IMG/VR virus record: IMGVR_UViG_3300025530_000275
Coordinates: 1 to 64,000 of that record
DNA from: a virus
Reading direction: 5' to 3' (one strand)
Length of the DNA stretch: 64,000 bases
A program made the translations under genes and the position numbers. Shown piece after piece: positions 29,654-39,504 of this stretch (position 1 is the first letter of the stretch; each line of letters opens with the position of its first letter). Under the pieces are notes generated by a model. It saw only the letters and a program-made list of their open reading frames with translations, ran no database searches and had not been told where the DNA came from.

Positions 29654-30698
29654 TGGCCATCACTTGTTTACCTTTTTGGTGAAGCTTAACATCATCAGTA
29701 TACGTATAAAGTTTCAGACTCAGTGCATTATCAGCAATATCCGGATTTTGTTCGTTGAATTTTTCAACAATATCTTTTACAATATTAAATCCGATTTCGG
29801 CAGATTTGATAATAGGAGATTTTCCATTAATATAGTTCTTTTGGAAATCCTCAGGATCGGTAATCCCAAGATCCGCCAGTTTCTGCTTAGTCTCTACGTC
29901 TATATGTCGTGTAGCTTTAAGTTTGAGAGTGCCAGGGCGTAAAGGATCTTCCCCTTCAGTGAGAAGCTCATATACTCTCTGTTTCCATGATTCGATCATC
30001 AAACGATCGTAGGTAATATTCCTATATCCGTTTCTATAATTTTCATCCCATTCTCTCAATACTGCGCAAAATTGAATATGCTCTATATTATTGATAACGT
30101 CAATATTACTACATTCGTTGAGATAGCCCCTATAATCTACAATAACAGAAGTTTCAGATAAAGTTTTGATCCCGCCGTTATTGCTTTTCAGATCATCTTT
30201 ACTAAGAGGATAGTCCGTATAAAGTATCGGATAATCCTCGCCCATTTCATTCATAATATACGATTTAACGGTTCCGAGAAGAAGCTTTCTCTTCAAATAA
30301 TCCTCAGGTACTTGGGAGTCGATATCGTCTACCGTAGTGATAGTCTTTTTAACTAGAAGAGATTCAATGATTTCTTTTCCTTTAGTACCAAATAATATTT
30401 CAAAATGTTCGGTGTTAACGTTTTCAAATAATGAGGTGCTTTCTTCGATGTTTTTCATCTCTCCAGGAATATATTCGTATAAAGGATTTTTCCTTGTAAC
30501 TTTGATGTTAGATTTAAGTTCCCTCCAACGTCTCACAATATTTTTAGCGAGTTCCTGGCGTTTTTCTGGAGGGGCTGCAAAGAAATATGTGATAGCAGCT
30601 CTCAAGTGGGCTTCATCATGCATAGGATATTTCCGTTCCTTTGGGAGGCCGAATTCTCTTAACGGGATGCGCATCAATTCTCTTTTCGTCAAAGGCAT
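29631..30698 (-). CDS. Putative head-associated protein with an N-terminal KYPMHDEAHLRAA (DUF6582-like) domain
   Basis: FGLPKERKYPMHDEAHLRAAITYF; IEES and IIES sites. Confidence 0.65.
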   Translation of the reverse strand: MPLTKRELMRIPLREFGLPKERKYPMHDEAHLRAAITYFFAAPPEKRQELAKNIVRRWRELKSNIKVTRKNPLYEYIPGEMKNIEESTSLFENVNTEHFEILFGTKGKEIIESLLVKKTITTVDDIDSQVPEDYLKRKLLLGTVKSYIMNEMGEDYPILYTDYPLSKDDLKSNNGGIKTLSETSVIVDYRGYLNECSNIDVINNIEHIQFCAVLREWDENYRNGYRNITYDRLMIESWKQRVYELLTEGEDPLRPGTLKLKATRHIDVETKQKLADLGITDPEDFQKNYINGKSPIIKSAEIGFNIVKDIVEKFNEQNPDIADNALSLKLYTYTDDVKLHQKGKQVMANELWRWE

Positions 30699-30715
30699 TT
30701 TGAAACATCTCCTTT

Positions 30716-33700
30716 TTAATTATGATTCAATTTACCCTGATCTATTTTTATAAAATCAGGGTTGGCGATTATTTTCCCTATGTTATAACTTGGGTGCGAG
30801 AAAATAGATTTAAAAATTGTAGTAAATGCTTCGGTATCTGAGCTATAAGCATATGAATTATTAGGCGAATTTTCTATCATGTCAACAAGTTTTTTGTAAT
30901 CCTTTAAAGGATTTTCAAATCCTATATATCTATATATTGAATAGAATAAATCCTCGTTTGAAAGATTCGATGATTTGAAATAAGAAAATCTATTTTTATC
31001 ATATACGATAGGATTATCAGTAGACTCCAGCGATACTCCAATTTTATATTCTTCATCTTCTAGGTCTTTATATACTGTGATATAAAATGGTTTTTCCTTA
31101 TAATCAATCTCTCTACCTACAAACCCAGTAACGATAGGGCTTATACCGGCAAGAGTTTGGGTTTCAGATATAATTGTAGATTCTGTTAGTAATGTGCCAA
31201 GGTCTTCCTCAGAAGTTGCAACTAATTGTCCGATAGATGAATTATACATTTCATTTGACCAATTCAAAATATCAGACATTCTGCTTGAAAGATTTTTAGC
31301 TTTAGTTTCAAGCAATACCGTATATATAAATACGTCAACCTGTTGTCCAATTCTATGAATTCTGTCACAGGCTTGGTCAAAGTCTGCAGATCTCCAAGGC
31401 GGTCCAAAGAAAAACATTTGAGATGCTTCTGTTAATGTAACACCAGTGCTAAGAGTTTGAGATGTTGCAACTAAGACTTGAGTTTCATCATCCTCTTTAA
31501 ATTGTAGCAATACATCTAACTTATTTTTAATATCCCCTGTAATTTTAACAGTCTTAATACCATTATCATTCAAGGATTTATAAATATAGTCAACAACGTC
31601 TTTTATTTGAGAAAAGATTATTGTTTTCTCGTTATTTTTAGTAATCATTGAGATAAAAAGATCCTTGTTTTGTTCATACATTTCTATAAACATTGCTTTT
31701 CTTTTAACTGGAAGTATTTCTCCAATTGCTTTACCCATAGAAGATTGTTTCATCTTTATAAAATTCGTATCCAACCAAATTACACGATTAATAATATTTT
31801 GATCAGGTATATTTGGAATAACAAACATGCTCAAGAATTTTTTGAAGAAATCAGAGTCTAGTTCATGTATATTCATTTCTTTTCCAGTATTAACAGATGA
31901 TACTATCCATTTTATATAATGCTCTGTATCATTTTTGGATGCTGAAGAATATTTTCTAATTAATGAAATAAACTCATCGCGCAATGTATTATTTTCTTTA
32001 AGCCTTTCATTATAAATTTCTTCAAATCGTGAACGTACTTCTTCACGGGTCTTTTCCAATAAAAAGGTTTCAGGGTTTTTTATTTTAACATATAAATCTT
32101 TAACCGTTTTATTAGGTAAAGATAATTCCTGTTTAGTTTTTCTATAGATGATTCGACCAAAACGTTCCTTAATAATATCCATAGCCATAGTTGATTCAAG
32201 ATTAAAACATTTATTGTATATAGATGCAACTTCTTCAGTGAACAATGGATCGATAAGTCGTAACATTGGGCTAATTTCATTGGGAGTAGCTTTAATTGGC
32301 GTGCCTGACATGACTAAAATACTATCAGGATTCATTTTTTCTTTCAGTGTGATAAGGTCATTTACTCTTGAACCATCAATATTTCTAAAATTGTGTGATT
32401 CATCAATTATAAGCATATTCTTACCATTTTTAATGAAAGGATACATTTTAGGAATAGATTCATTATTTATTATGAAAAATCTTGCTTGAGATGAAGAATC
32501 TTTATCTTTACATAATACAACTTCTTTTCTCCATAAAGCTTCATCTTCATTATATTTATCATAATATTTTCTAATTTCCAACATCCAGTTTTCTTGAACC
32601 GAATTTGGGCAGACGATGTAAATATTATCTACACCCAAACATTCAGCAAGACCTATGGAAGTTAATGTTTTACCCATACCTTGCTCAAAAGTGAGAATAT
32701 AACCATTGAGATTTAGATAACTCTTTAGTTTATTGTAATTCCTTATGAATTCTTTCTGATAATCATTTAATGTGAGCGAAAGATTTTTTAAATTATCAAG
32801 AGGTATGAAATCAACAGATCTAGAATCACATTTGGACAACCAAGTCTTTTCATATATTTGCTTAGAAATTCTACCATAAGCAGGTTCTCTAAATTTTTTG
32901 TATAACTGATCAAAAATTGATACCAATTCTAGTGCAAAAAATAGTGGAGTTTTAATATATGTGATTCTCATTTTATTTCTTGAAATTTTCTTTTTATTAA
33001 ATTTCTTTAGATCTTTTTCATCATATTCTTTTAAGAATATATTCCACAAGTTACTTTCATTATAAAGGTTTTTAATTCTAAACATTAAACGTTTATAATT
33101 TATTCCTCTTATATAGATATATTTATCATCAACGATTACATTATGAAAAGGAGAAATAATTTTTCCAATAAAACTTCTATTATTGAAAAGCTTTTTCTTC
33201 CATGAACTAAATTCATAAGAATCACTTTTAGACGATGCTTCTAATAAAAATTGAGGTGTTTCAATTGATTCTTTTCTATCAAGTATTGTATTAATAGATT
33301 CGCCAATTACAACCAGACGTTCTTTAGTTTCAAAACTATTATTTTCAATTAATTTAAACATTGTTTTCAATAAGGGGCCAAATTTATTATCTACTACTTT
33401 TATATAATTATGAGTAGTATTTTTCTTAATTGCATCTTCCTTAGCTTTATCTTTTTTTACATCAATTGCCTGGATTTTATGATGGAGATTTGGATTATCT
33501 CCGCCATGTTTAACTTCAATAATTAAATCAAGTATATCTATATAAAAATCAGGAGTATAAGCATGTGTTTCCCCATCATATTCATAATATATCGTAAATG
33601 GACAAGGGGCATGTATATATTTCGGATTTATATCAAGAATATTGTCTAAGAAGCTAAGAAGTCTTTTTTCATAAGATCCCACATATGGAATTTTTGTTCT

Positions 33701-34066
33701 TCCGTCAGACCATAAATATTCTCCGGAGATTTTTCTTCTTGAAAGCATATACATTTGATGATCTTGATTGTTTAGAAGATGTGGGACTCCATATTTTTTA
33801 ATATTCCTAGACTGAGCAATTTCGGCAAAAGTTTGTTTACATTTTGGATTATCACAAAATATTGCAGGTCTTCCTATTTTCTCATCAAATTTTGTATCAT
33901 CACCACAAATTCTACAACTTCCTGTAGTTCTACCTCCATGGATATGTGCAAATAAAAATTTTGCAGGACTCATATTTTCAGGGAGTTGTCTAGAATGTCT
34001 TACAGAAATGTGATGAACCATATCTTTTTTATATTGATACCTTTTTCCACAAAATGGACATTTCAC
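30716..34066 (-). CDS. Multidomain protein: C2H2/Zn fingers, TnsA-like PD-(D/E)xK nuclease and SNF2 helicase
   Basis: CPFC..HISVRH; YTPDFY..IIEVK; GMGKT, DESH, SGTP, DQACDRIHRIGQ. Confidence 0.88.
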   Translation of the reverse strand: MKCPFCGKRYQYKKDMVHHISVRHSRQLPENMSPAKFLFAHIHGGRTTGSCRICGDDTKFDEKIGRPAIFCDNPKCKQTFAEIAQSRNIKKYGVPHLLNNQDHQMYMLSRRKISGEYLWSDGRTKIPYVGSYEKRLLSFLDNILDINPKYIHAPCPFTIYYEYDGETHAYTPDFYIDILDLIIEVKHGGDNPNLHHKIQAIDVKKDKAKEDAIKKNTTHNYIKVVDNKFGPLLKTMFKLIENNSFETKERLVVIGESINTILDRKESIETPQFLLEASSKSDSYEFSSWKKKLFNNRSFIGKIISPFHNVIVDDKYIYIRGINYKRLMFRIKNLYNESNLWNIFLKEYDEKDLKKFNKKKISRNKMRITYIKTPLFFALELVSIFDQLYKKFREPAYGRISKQIYEKTWLSKCDSRSVDFIPLDNLKNLSLTLNDYQKEFIRNYNKLKSYLNLNGYILTFEQGMGKTLTSIGLAECLGVDNIYIVCPNSVQENWMLEIRKYYDKYNEDEALWRKEVVLCKDKDSSSQARFFIINNESIPKMYPFIKNGKNMLIIDESHNFRNIDGSRVNDLITLKEKMNPDSILVMSGTPIKATPNEISPMLRLIDPLFTEEVASIYNKCFNLESTMAMDIIKERFGRIIYRKTKQELSLPNKTVKDLYVKIKNPETFLLEKTREEVRSRFEEIYNERLKENNTLRDEFISLIRKYSSASKNDTEHYIKWIVSSVNTGKEMNIHELDSDFFKKFLSMFVIPNIPDQNIINRVIWLDTNFIKMKQSSMGKAIGEILPVKRKAMFIEMYEQNKDLFISMITKNNEKTIIFSQIKDVVDYIYKSLNDNGIKTVKITGDIKNKLDVLLQFKEDDETQVLVATSQTLSTGVTLTEASQMFFFGPPWRSADFDQACDRIHRIGQQVDVFIYTVLLETKAKNLSSRMSDILNWSNEMYNSSIGQLVATSEEDLGTLLTESTIISETQTLAGISPIVTGFVGREIDYKEKPFYITVYKDLEDEEYKIGVSLESTDNPIVYDKNRFSYFKSSNLSNEDLFYSIYRYIGFENPLKDYKKLVDMIENSPNNSYAYSSDTEAFTTIFKSIFSHPSYNIGKIIANPDFIKIDQGKLNHN

Positions 34067-34095
34067 ATACTTTCACCCTCTCATTACTATTACTT

Positions 34096-34131
34096 TAATT
34101 GGCTGTTTTTCATATAAAAAACACAAAAATA
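34096..34131. promoter_or_regulatory. Back-to-back divergent late promoters
   Basis: Minus AACA GCCAAT TA (34096-34107) and plus AACA CAAAAA TA (34120-34131). Confidence 0.7.
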
Positions 34132-34172
34132 ACATATGATATTTAAAAATTGATAAAAGGAGGAGCTTTAAA

Positions 34173-34535
34173 ATGAAGGATGTGTCGTTCGAAATAGATG
34201 AATTTTCTAAAAATAAAATTTATGATGGAGCCCATGCTCTAGCAATGCAACTATATGTATTACTTATTATGAAACCAGGAGATCATCCTGATGACCTTGA
34301 GAAAGGAATAGATATATTTAAATACAGAGTCGATTTTTCTGAAGAAACGGCAAGTGAATTAGAAATGGTAATAAATAGGCAAGTCGAAGAATACTGCGAT
34401 TTTTCGATAAATGATATGATCATTGAGTATGTGGACGGGGAATTATATATTGGAATCCAATCCCCGAGTTTTCAGGAAATTGTTTTATTTAATACAGATG
34501 GTGATGAAGTCCTTGTCACGCTTTCTGAAGAGTAA
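34173..34535 (+). CDS. Baseplate wedge gp25-like protein
   Basis: LLIMKPGDHPDDLEKGIDI resembles the gp25 LxTxPGERPxxPxFG motif; 120 aa. Confidence 0.6.
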   Translation: MKDVSFEIDEFSKNKIYDGAHALAMQLYVLLIMKPGDHPDDLEKGIDIFKYRVDFSEETASELEMVINRQVEEYCDFSINDMIIEYVDGELYIGIQSPSFQEIVLFNTDGDEVLVTLSEE

Positions 34536-34601
34536 TATTGAAAATAATTATAGAAACATTGTAAAAACTACCATTACTTTTACAGTAAAGGAGAATTAGC
34601 T

Positions 34602-36293
34602 ATGAGCGAGAATGTAAAGGCTACCGAATCAAATGGTGCCCAGCAAGCATCATCTCCCCTTAGAGAAAAAATGTCCGAGCTGCTGGCTCAAAAGAGAGTT
34701 ACTACTAACAATACTACTCCTACATCTCAACTTGAAAGTATGGCCAATTCTGTTACTGATCAACAGGATTCTGCCCCTCAGGATCAGCAGGCCACTGCTG
34801 GAACTCCTAATATTAATGAGGCTCTTAATGATTTGATGGAAACTCAATGGTTCAAAGATCTTCCTAAAGAACATAAAGAATTTATTATGAATGGTGGAAA
34901 TCCTGATAAGCTTATGGATGACCTGGATAAGGCTGTTATTGAACAGCAGTTGGACGCCGTTCGAGAAATCAATCGTGTTCGCCGCGAAGTTGAAGGCAAA
35001 GAGGAAATCACTATGGAAGAGTACAGAAGCGGCGAATTCCTCGAAGAACGCGATGAAGAAAATAAGGATGAAGAAAACGAATTCATCAAAATGATGAAGG
35101 AGCTTGACGGTGGAGAAGATGATGGTGACGAAGAAGAGGCCCAAGAACGCTTCTTTAAAGAACTTGAACGTCGCTTTGAAAATTCCATTGATGTTGAGCT
35201 CACTGGTGCTACTAAAGAATATGACAGATCGTCAGCGGCTCTCCGTGTAGATATCAAGAGAAATAAATCATATGAAAAATCTATTAAAAATATTCTTGAA
35301 GCTAACGATATCAAAATTAAAACCACTAAAAAGGGTAATATCAAGAGGGCTGTACTTAAATCATATACACAGCGTCATGATCATGTGACTACACCTCTTG
35401 TAAATTCTGGGTTTCATATCACACTTTCTGGTGCATCCATTCCGGAAATCATTGCTATTGCTAGTATTGAAAATCCGAAATCTCTCTTGGAGCTCGAAAC
35501 TAAGAAACTCAGTGTGATCAAGAAACATCTTGTAGACACATCATTTGGAAATGTACCGTCTCTATATGATCTTATGAAAGTAATACACTACAAAGATGAG
35601 CAAACTTTATACTACAACCTATTCATTGCAACCTTCCCTGAAGAGAATGACTATCCGTTCACGTGTACGAATGAAAAATGTGGTGCTGAATTGAATCTGA
35701 AGATCCATGGTGCCGATTTGGTACTCAACCCTGAAGAATTCAAAGAAGATCATGATATTATTCTCTATAAAAATATGGATATTAAAGACGTCATCAAACA
35801 TACAAAATTATCTAAAATCAAGCAAATTATTCTCAGTGATGGTACAGTGGTTGGAATTAGAATCCCTTCACTGTATGATCGCCTCATGACTATGAGTAAG
35901 ATTGAAGCATGGGTAAATAAATATAATAAAGATACTACTAACCTTAACGTAGTATTTGGATATCTGATGTTCGTTGAATATATTGCACTCCTCACAGAAG
36001 ATGGGGAACATGTAAGATTTGATTCCATCGACGATCTCATTGAAATCTTGATCTCCATGGATTCTGAAGCTCATAACGAGATTGATATGGAGATAGAAAA
36101 GTATGACGACAGTAAAGAGATCGAATATGGAATTAAGTCGTTTGTCTGTCCGTCCTGTAAACGTGTTCATAAACAACAGCGTCAGAAGATGGATGATTTG
36201 CTTTTTACTTTATCCCAGGTAAGGGGGATGAGGAACACATTGGAGCGTCGGAAGAACAGAGAAAAGCTGAAATCCTTAAACGAAGAGAAGTAG
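34602..36293 (+). CDS. T4 gp26-like baseplate hub/tail assembly chaperone with acidic N-terminal extension
   Basis: FTCTNEKCG ... IRIPSLYD ... FVCPSCK ... LLF architecture. Confidence 0.55.
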   Translation: MSENVKATESNGAQQASSPLREKMSELLAQKRVTTNNTTPTSQLESMANSVTDQQDSAPQDQQATAGTPNINEALNDLMETQWFKDLPKEHKEFIMNGGNPDKLMDDLDKAVIEQQLDAVREINRVRREVEGKEEITMEEYRSGEFLEERDEENKDEENEFIKMMKELDGGEDDGDEEEAQERFFKELERRFENSIDVELTGATKEYDRSSAALRVDIKRNKSYEKSIKNILEANDIKIKTTKKGNIKRAVLKSYTQRHDHVTTPLVNSGFHITLSGASIPEIIAIASIENPKSLLELETKKLSVIKKHLVDTSFGNVPSLYDLMKVIHYKDEQTLYYNLFIATFPEENDYPFTCTNEKCGAELNLKIHGADLVLNPEEFKEDHDIILYKNMDIKDVIKHTKLSKIKQIILSDGTVVGIRIPSLYDRLMTMSKIEAWVNKYNKDTTNLNVVFGYLMFVEYIALLTEDGEHVRFDSIDDLIEILISMDSEAHNEIDMEIEKYDDSKEIEYGIKSFVCPSCKRVHKQQRQKMDDLLFTLSQVRGMRNTLERRKNREKLKSLNEEK

Positions 36294-36517
36294 CACAGAG
36301 AAGGGTGGAGGAATATCGTAAGCTTCTTGATTTTGCTTACGATTTCCTTTCCCCTATCATGTCTGAAGAACGTATAAGAAATATGCCTTTAAGACAATTA
36401 CTTATAGAGCTCGAAAGAAGACGTCTATTCGTTGAACAAAATAGAAGGGAAATGGAACGAAGACAACTGGAAGAGCAATTAAAAGAACAAAGACGCTCTA
36501 ACCAGAATAGAAAATAA
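36197..36517 (+). CDS. Small chaperone-like ORF (track start 36305), probably the -1 frameshift extension of the upstream gene
   Basis: The -1 frame is open from 36197; EERIRNMPLRQ resembles G-T/gp51-type chaperone C-terminal domains. Confidence 0.55.
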   Translation, partial: FAFYFIPGKGDEEHIGASEEQRKAEILKRREVAQRRVEEYRKLLDFAYDFLSPIMSEERIRNMPLRQLLIELERRRLFVEQNRREMERRQLEEQLKEQRRSNQNRK

Positions 36518-36534
36518 AGAAGGGAGGAGCGTAG

Positions 36535-36894
36535 ATGACTGAGGTTCGTGACGTAACACGAGTAGACATGTTATTGGAAATGATAAAGAAAAATAATTCA
36601 TATAGTGAAGAAATATTTGATATATTAGTGCCTAAATACTACTCTGAGTGTTATTCTTTATATAATATATTGGATCGGGCCGGAATACTGGATAAATGTA
36701 AGTTTAAAAACCCTGAAGTGTTCAATGATATACTCAGCTTTCCTATTAACCTTCCTTCAAAGTCTACTAAAAAAATAATGGAATACCTGGAATCGAAAAA
36801 ATTCAGGGTAAAGTATCTTAAACATGAGGACTTTACCGTTGATATAGTTAAAACTTCAAATGGAATTTTAGTCACATTTACTCGAAATGAATAG
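36535..36894 (+). CDS. Hypothetical protein
   Basis: GGGAGGAG RBS; 119 aa. Confidence 0.75.
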   Translation: MTEVRDVTRVDMLLEMIKKNNSYSEEIFDILVPKYYSECYSLYNILDRAGILDKCKFKNPEVFNDILSFPINLPSKSTKKIMEYLESKKFRVKYLKHEDFTVDIVKTSNGILVTFTRNE

Positions 36895-36896
36895 AA

Positions 36897-36925
36897 GAAG
36901 GAGTATGGGGTTTCCATACTCCTTC
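36897..36925 (+). terminator. Intrinsic terminator
   Basis: GAAGGAGTATGG/CCATACTCCTTC plus T-run. Confidence 0.85.
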
Positions 36926-36939
36926 GTTTTTATTTCCAA

Positions 36940-36951
36940 AACACACAGATA
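36940..36951 (+). promoter_or_regulatory. Putative late promoter of the beta-prime gene
   Basis: AACA CACAGA TA. Confidence 0.65.
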
Positions 36952-36969
36952 ATCAATGATTATTTAAGG

Positions 36970-38565
36970 ATGGTGTTCATAATGAAGCTCCACAAAGCTG
37001 ATATTGATAGAATAGTTCAGCTAAATGGTCTGCGACCTGTTAGCGGACCTGTTCCTATTGATAAGGGTTTGCCCACAGATGATTCTGTTTTTTCCTATAG
37101 CATTTTTGGACAGACTTCTTATGAAAGACAGAATATACCCGCATATATAGATCTTAAAGGACAGTATTTACATCCCTTGACTTACCATAACCTTAGGCTG
37201 ATAGATCGAAATTTTGAATCCTGTATCTCAGGAACACAGAATTTTTCTATAAAGGATGGAAAATTAACTCCCGATCCGGATGGTGAATCTGGGCTAGATT
37301 TTCTTTATAAGAATTGGGATAAATTAAAGTTTGAAGAACGTAAATCTGTTCTTTCTAATGAAAGAATAAAAAATGTTAAAGATAAATCTAAAGCATGGGT
37401 AACTAAATGGATTATCCTTCCTGCATTCTATAGAGATGTTAACTATAATGAGGAAGGGCGTCCGGCATATGATGAATTGAATGACTTGTATCTGTATATT
37501 ATAAGAATGGTAGAAAGTGTGGCTCAACAGGAGCAATATGGCCTAGTCTCAAATATCACTAAAGCAAGAATACAATTAGCATTGGTTGATATTCATGATA
37601 GAATTACTCATATGCATCTAAGAGAAAAGAGAGGCACATTTAAAAAATATGTATTAGGTAAAAATACAGATTTTGGTGCAAGGCTGGTAATATCGGCACC
37701 AATTGTTTCTGGCGACACATACGATCAGGTACAAGTAAGATTTGGTCGCATAGGAGTACCTCTTTCAAGTGTGTGTGCAATATTTATGCCTTTTGTGATT
37801 CATGGAGTTAGAGAGTTCCTACAGAATGAATTTCAGTTATCTGGTAAATATCCATATAAAAACGAAAAAGGGGAAATTGAGTATTTAACCTTAACAAATC
37901 CCGAATATTATACCTCCGAAGAATATATTATAAAAATGATAAAACGGTTTATTTATGGAACATCTACAAGGTTTAGACCTATTGAACTTCCTGAAAACGA
38001 AGAGGGTAAAAAAGGATATTTATATTTAACAGGCAAATTTGGTAAGGATCAAACTACAGTTTCTAATAGACCAATGACGTGGACCGATCTTTTATTCATA
38101 GTATGTAGCGACAAATTGGCTGATAAGCATGTTTACTTTACTCGATACCCAATTGAGGATAGTTTTGGTATAAATCCTTCTAAATTTACTATTCTCACTA
38201 CAAAGAAAACAATGCCTGCTCTTATTGGTGATAAATACTATCAATTTTATCCGATAGTAAATGTGGGAGAGGATAGTAGTATTGCATTTATTGACACTCT
38301 CCATGTTCATAATAGCTATCTTCCGGGGCTCGGTGGAGACTATGACGGAGATATGCTTACTCTTACTGGCGTATTTAGCGAAGAGGCCAATCAAGATGCG
38401 GAAAGATATATGCAAGACAAAAAATATATTATGACTTTGGTTGGAGAAAATATCAGAATTATTCAAAGGGACTTTGTTCAAACCTTATATCAATTTACCA
38501 AACAGCCAAAATCGGGGGATGGCATTCCTGAATTCAAAAATCTTTCAAGAGTTGCGAAATTTTAA
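36970..38565 (+). CDS. Phage RNA polymerase beta-prime N-terminal subunit, probably virion RNAP
   Basis: KRGTFKKYVLGKNTDFGARLVIS, FTRYP and LGGDYDGD catalytic loop; late promoter upstream. Confidence 0.9.
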   Translation: MVFIMKLHKADIDRIVQLNGLRPVSGPVPIDKGLPTDDSVFSYSIFGQTSYERQNIPAYIDLKGQYLHPLTYHNLRLIDRNFESCISGTQNFSIKDGKLTPDPDGESGLDFLYKNWDKLKFEERKSVLSNERIKNVKDKSKAWVTKWIILPAFYRDVNYNEEGRPAYDELNDLYLYIIRMVESVAQQEQYGLVSNITKARIQLALVDIHDRITHMHLREKRGTFKKYVLGKNTDFGARLVISAPIVSGDTYDQVQVRFGRIGVPLSSVCAIFMPFVIHGVREFLQNEFQLSGKYPYKNEKGEIEYLTLTNPEYYTSEEYIIKMIKRFIYGTSTRFRPIELPENEEGKKGYLYLTGKFGKDQTTVSNRPMTWTDLLFIVCSDKLADKHVYFTRYPIEDSFGINPSKFTILTTKKTMPALIGDKYYQFYPIVNVGEDSSIAFIDTLHVHNSYLPGLGGDYDGDMLTLTGVFSEEANQDAERYMQDKKYIMTLVGENIRIIQRDFVQTLYQFTKQPKSGDGIPEFKNLSRVAKF

Positions 38566-38572
38566 TATAAAA

Positions 38573-38598
38573 GTGGTAGAGGAAGATCCTCTACCACA
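38573..38598. terminator. Hairpin between convergent genes
   Basis: GTGGTAGAGG/CCTCTACCAC. Confidence 0.75.
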
Positions 38599-38606
38599 TA
38601 ATTTAT

Positions 38607-39143
38607 TTATTCTGGCTGATTGTAGCAGGTTGATAAGAAATCCTTCATATGATTGACTACCACATTAAATAAATATTCATTAGATGATAATTGTATAACT
38701 TTAGAATTTCCGGAATCGACTATTAAATCATCTATAAATTCGTCCCATTTTTCATTCATAAGATCTATAAACGGTTTTGGACTTCCCCTTGTTTTAAATC
38801 TTTCAATATATTCTACCTTCAAGAATTTTTTGGGATATACTAACACATATTTTATTCCTGAATCCTTTAGAGCATCTCTCACTTCTTTATGCGTGGAGAC
38901 AAATATAATATCTGCCTTACCAATATTGTCTTTAATAAATTTAATATAGTTATTAGGAAAATCCGGATTTCGCTCGCCTGGTCGAGACCATGAGAATTTA
39001 GATGAATCTGCGTCAATCACAATTGGAAGTCTCTGTCTATCATCTGGATCTACAAAATTACTATTCATTGTATTTTGTATCATATTGAAGAAAATAGTCT
39101 TGCCAACACCAGGGAATGCTGAAATTATAACAGTTTTCCTCAT
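38607..39143 (-). CDS. P-loop NTPase/kinase-like protein
   Basis: IISAFPGVGKT Walker A; IDADSS. Confidence 0.7.
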   Translation of the reverse strand: MRKTVIISAFPGVGKTIFFNMIQNTMNSNFVDPDDRQRLPIVIDADSSKFSWSRPGERNPDFPNNYIKFIKDNIGKADIIFVSTHKEVRDALKDSGIKYVLVYPKKFLKVEYIERFKTRGSPKPFIDLMNEKWDEFIDDLIVDSGNSKVIQLSSNEYLFNVVVNHMKDFLSTCYNQPE

Positions 39144-39219
39144 ATTTCATCCTTCCCTATATAAAATACTTTTACTTATTTTAATGTCAGACTTTTATGT
39201 AATCAAAAAAAAATAATAA

Positions 39220-39243
39220 TGGACGGGGTATTTCCCCGTCCAA
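39220..39243 (-). terminator. Intrinsic terminator
   Basis: TGGACGGGG/CCCCGTCCA plus T-rich run. Confidence 0.75.
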
Positions 39244-39251
39244 TGTTGACA

Positions 39252-39485
39252 TCACAAAACCTTCACATTCAATACGTATAGTTCAATATCCTGAGGAATG
39301 AAGATAACCTCGCCAGTTCCCAATTTTTTCCAAAATGTTTCAGCAATAACATCAACAAATTCAGGCATTGACGAATAATGCTCAGGAACTTTAATGATTA
39401 GATTGCTACCTTCTTTCAATTCAATAGTTTTTTCATTGACTACATTTCCATCAATATCAACTATTTGCAAGTTGGCAGTTTTCAT
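39252..39485 (-). CDS. Hypothetical protein
   Basis: AAGGAGGG RBS; 77 aa. Confidence 0.75.
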   Translation of the reverse strand: MKTANLQIVDIDGNVVNEKTIELKEGSNLIIKVPEHYSSMPEFVDVIAETFWKKLGTGEVIFIPQDIELYVLNVKVL

Positions 39486-39504
39486 CTATCGTCCCTCCTT
39501 AAAT

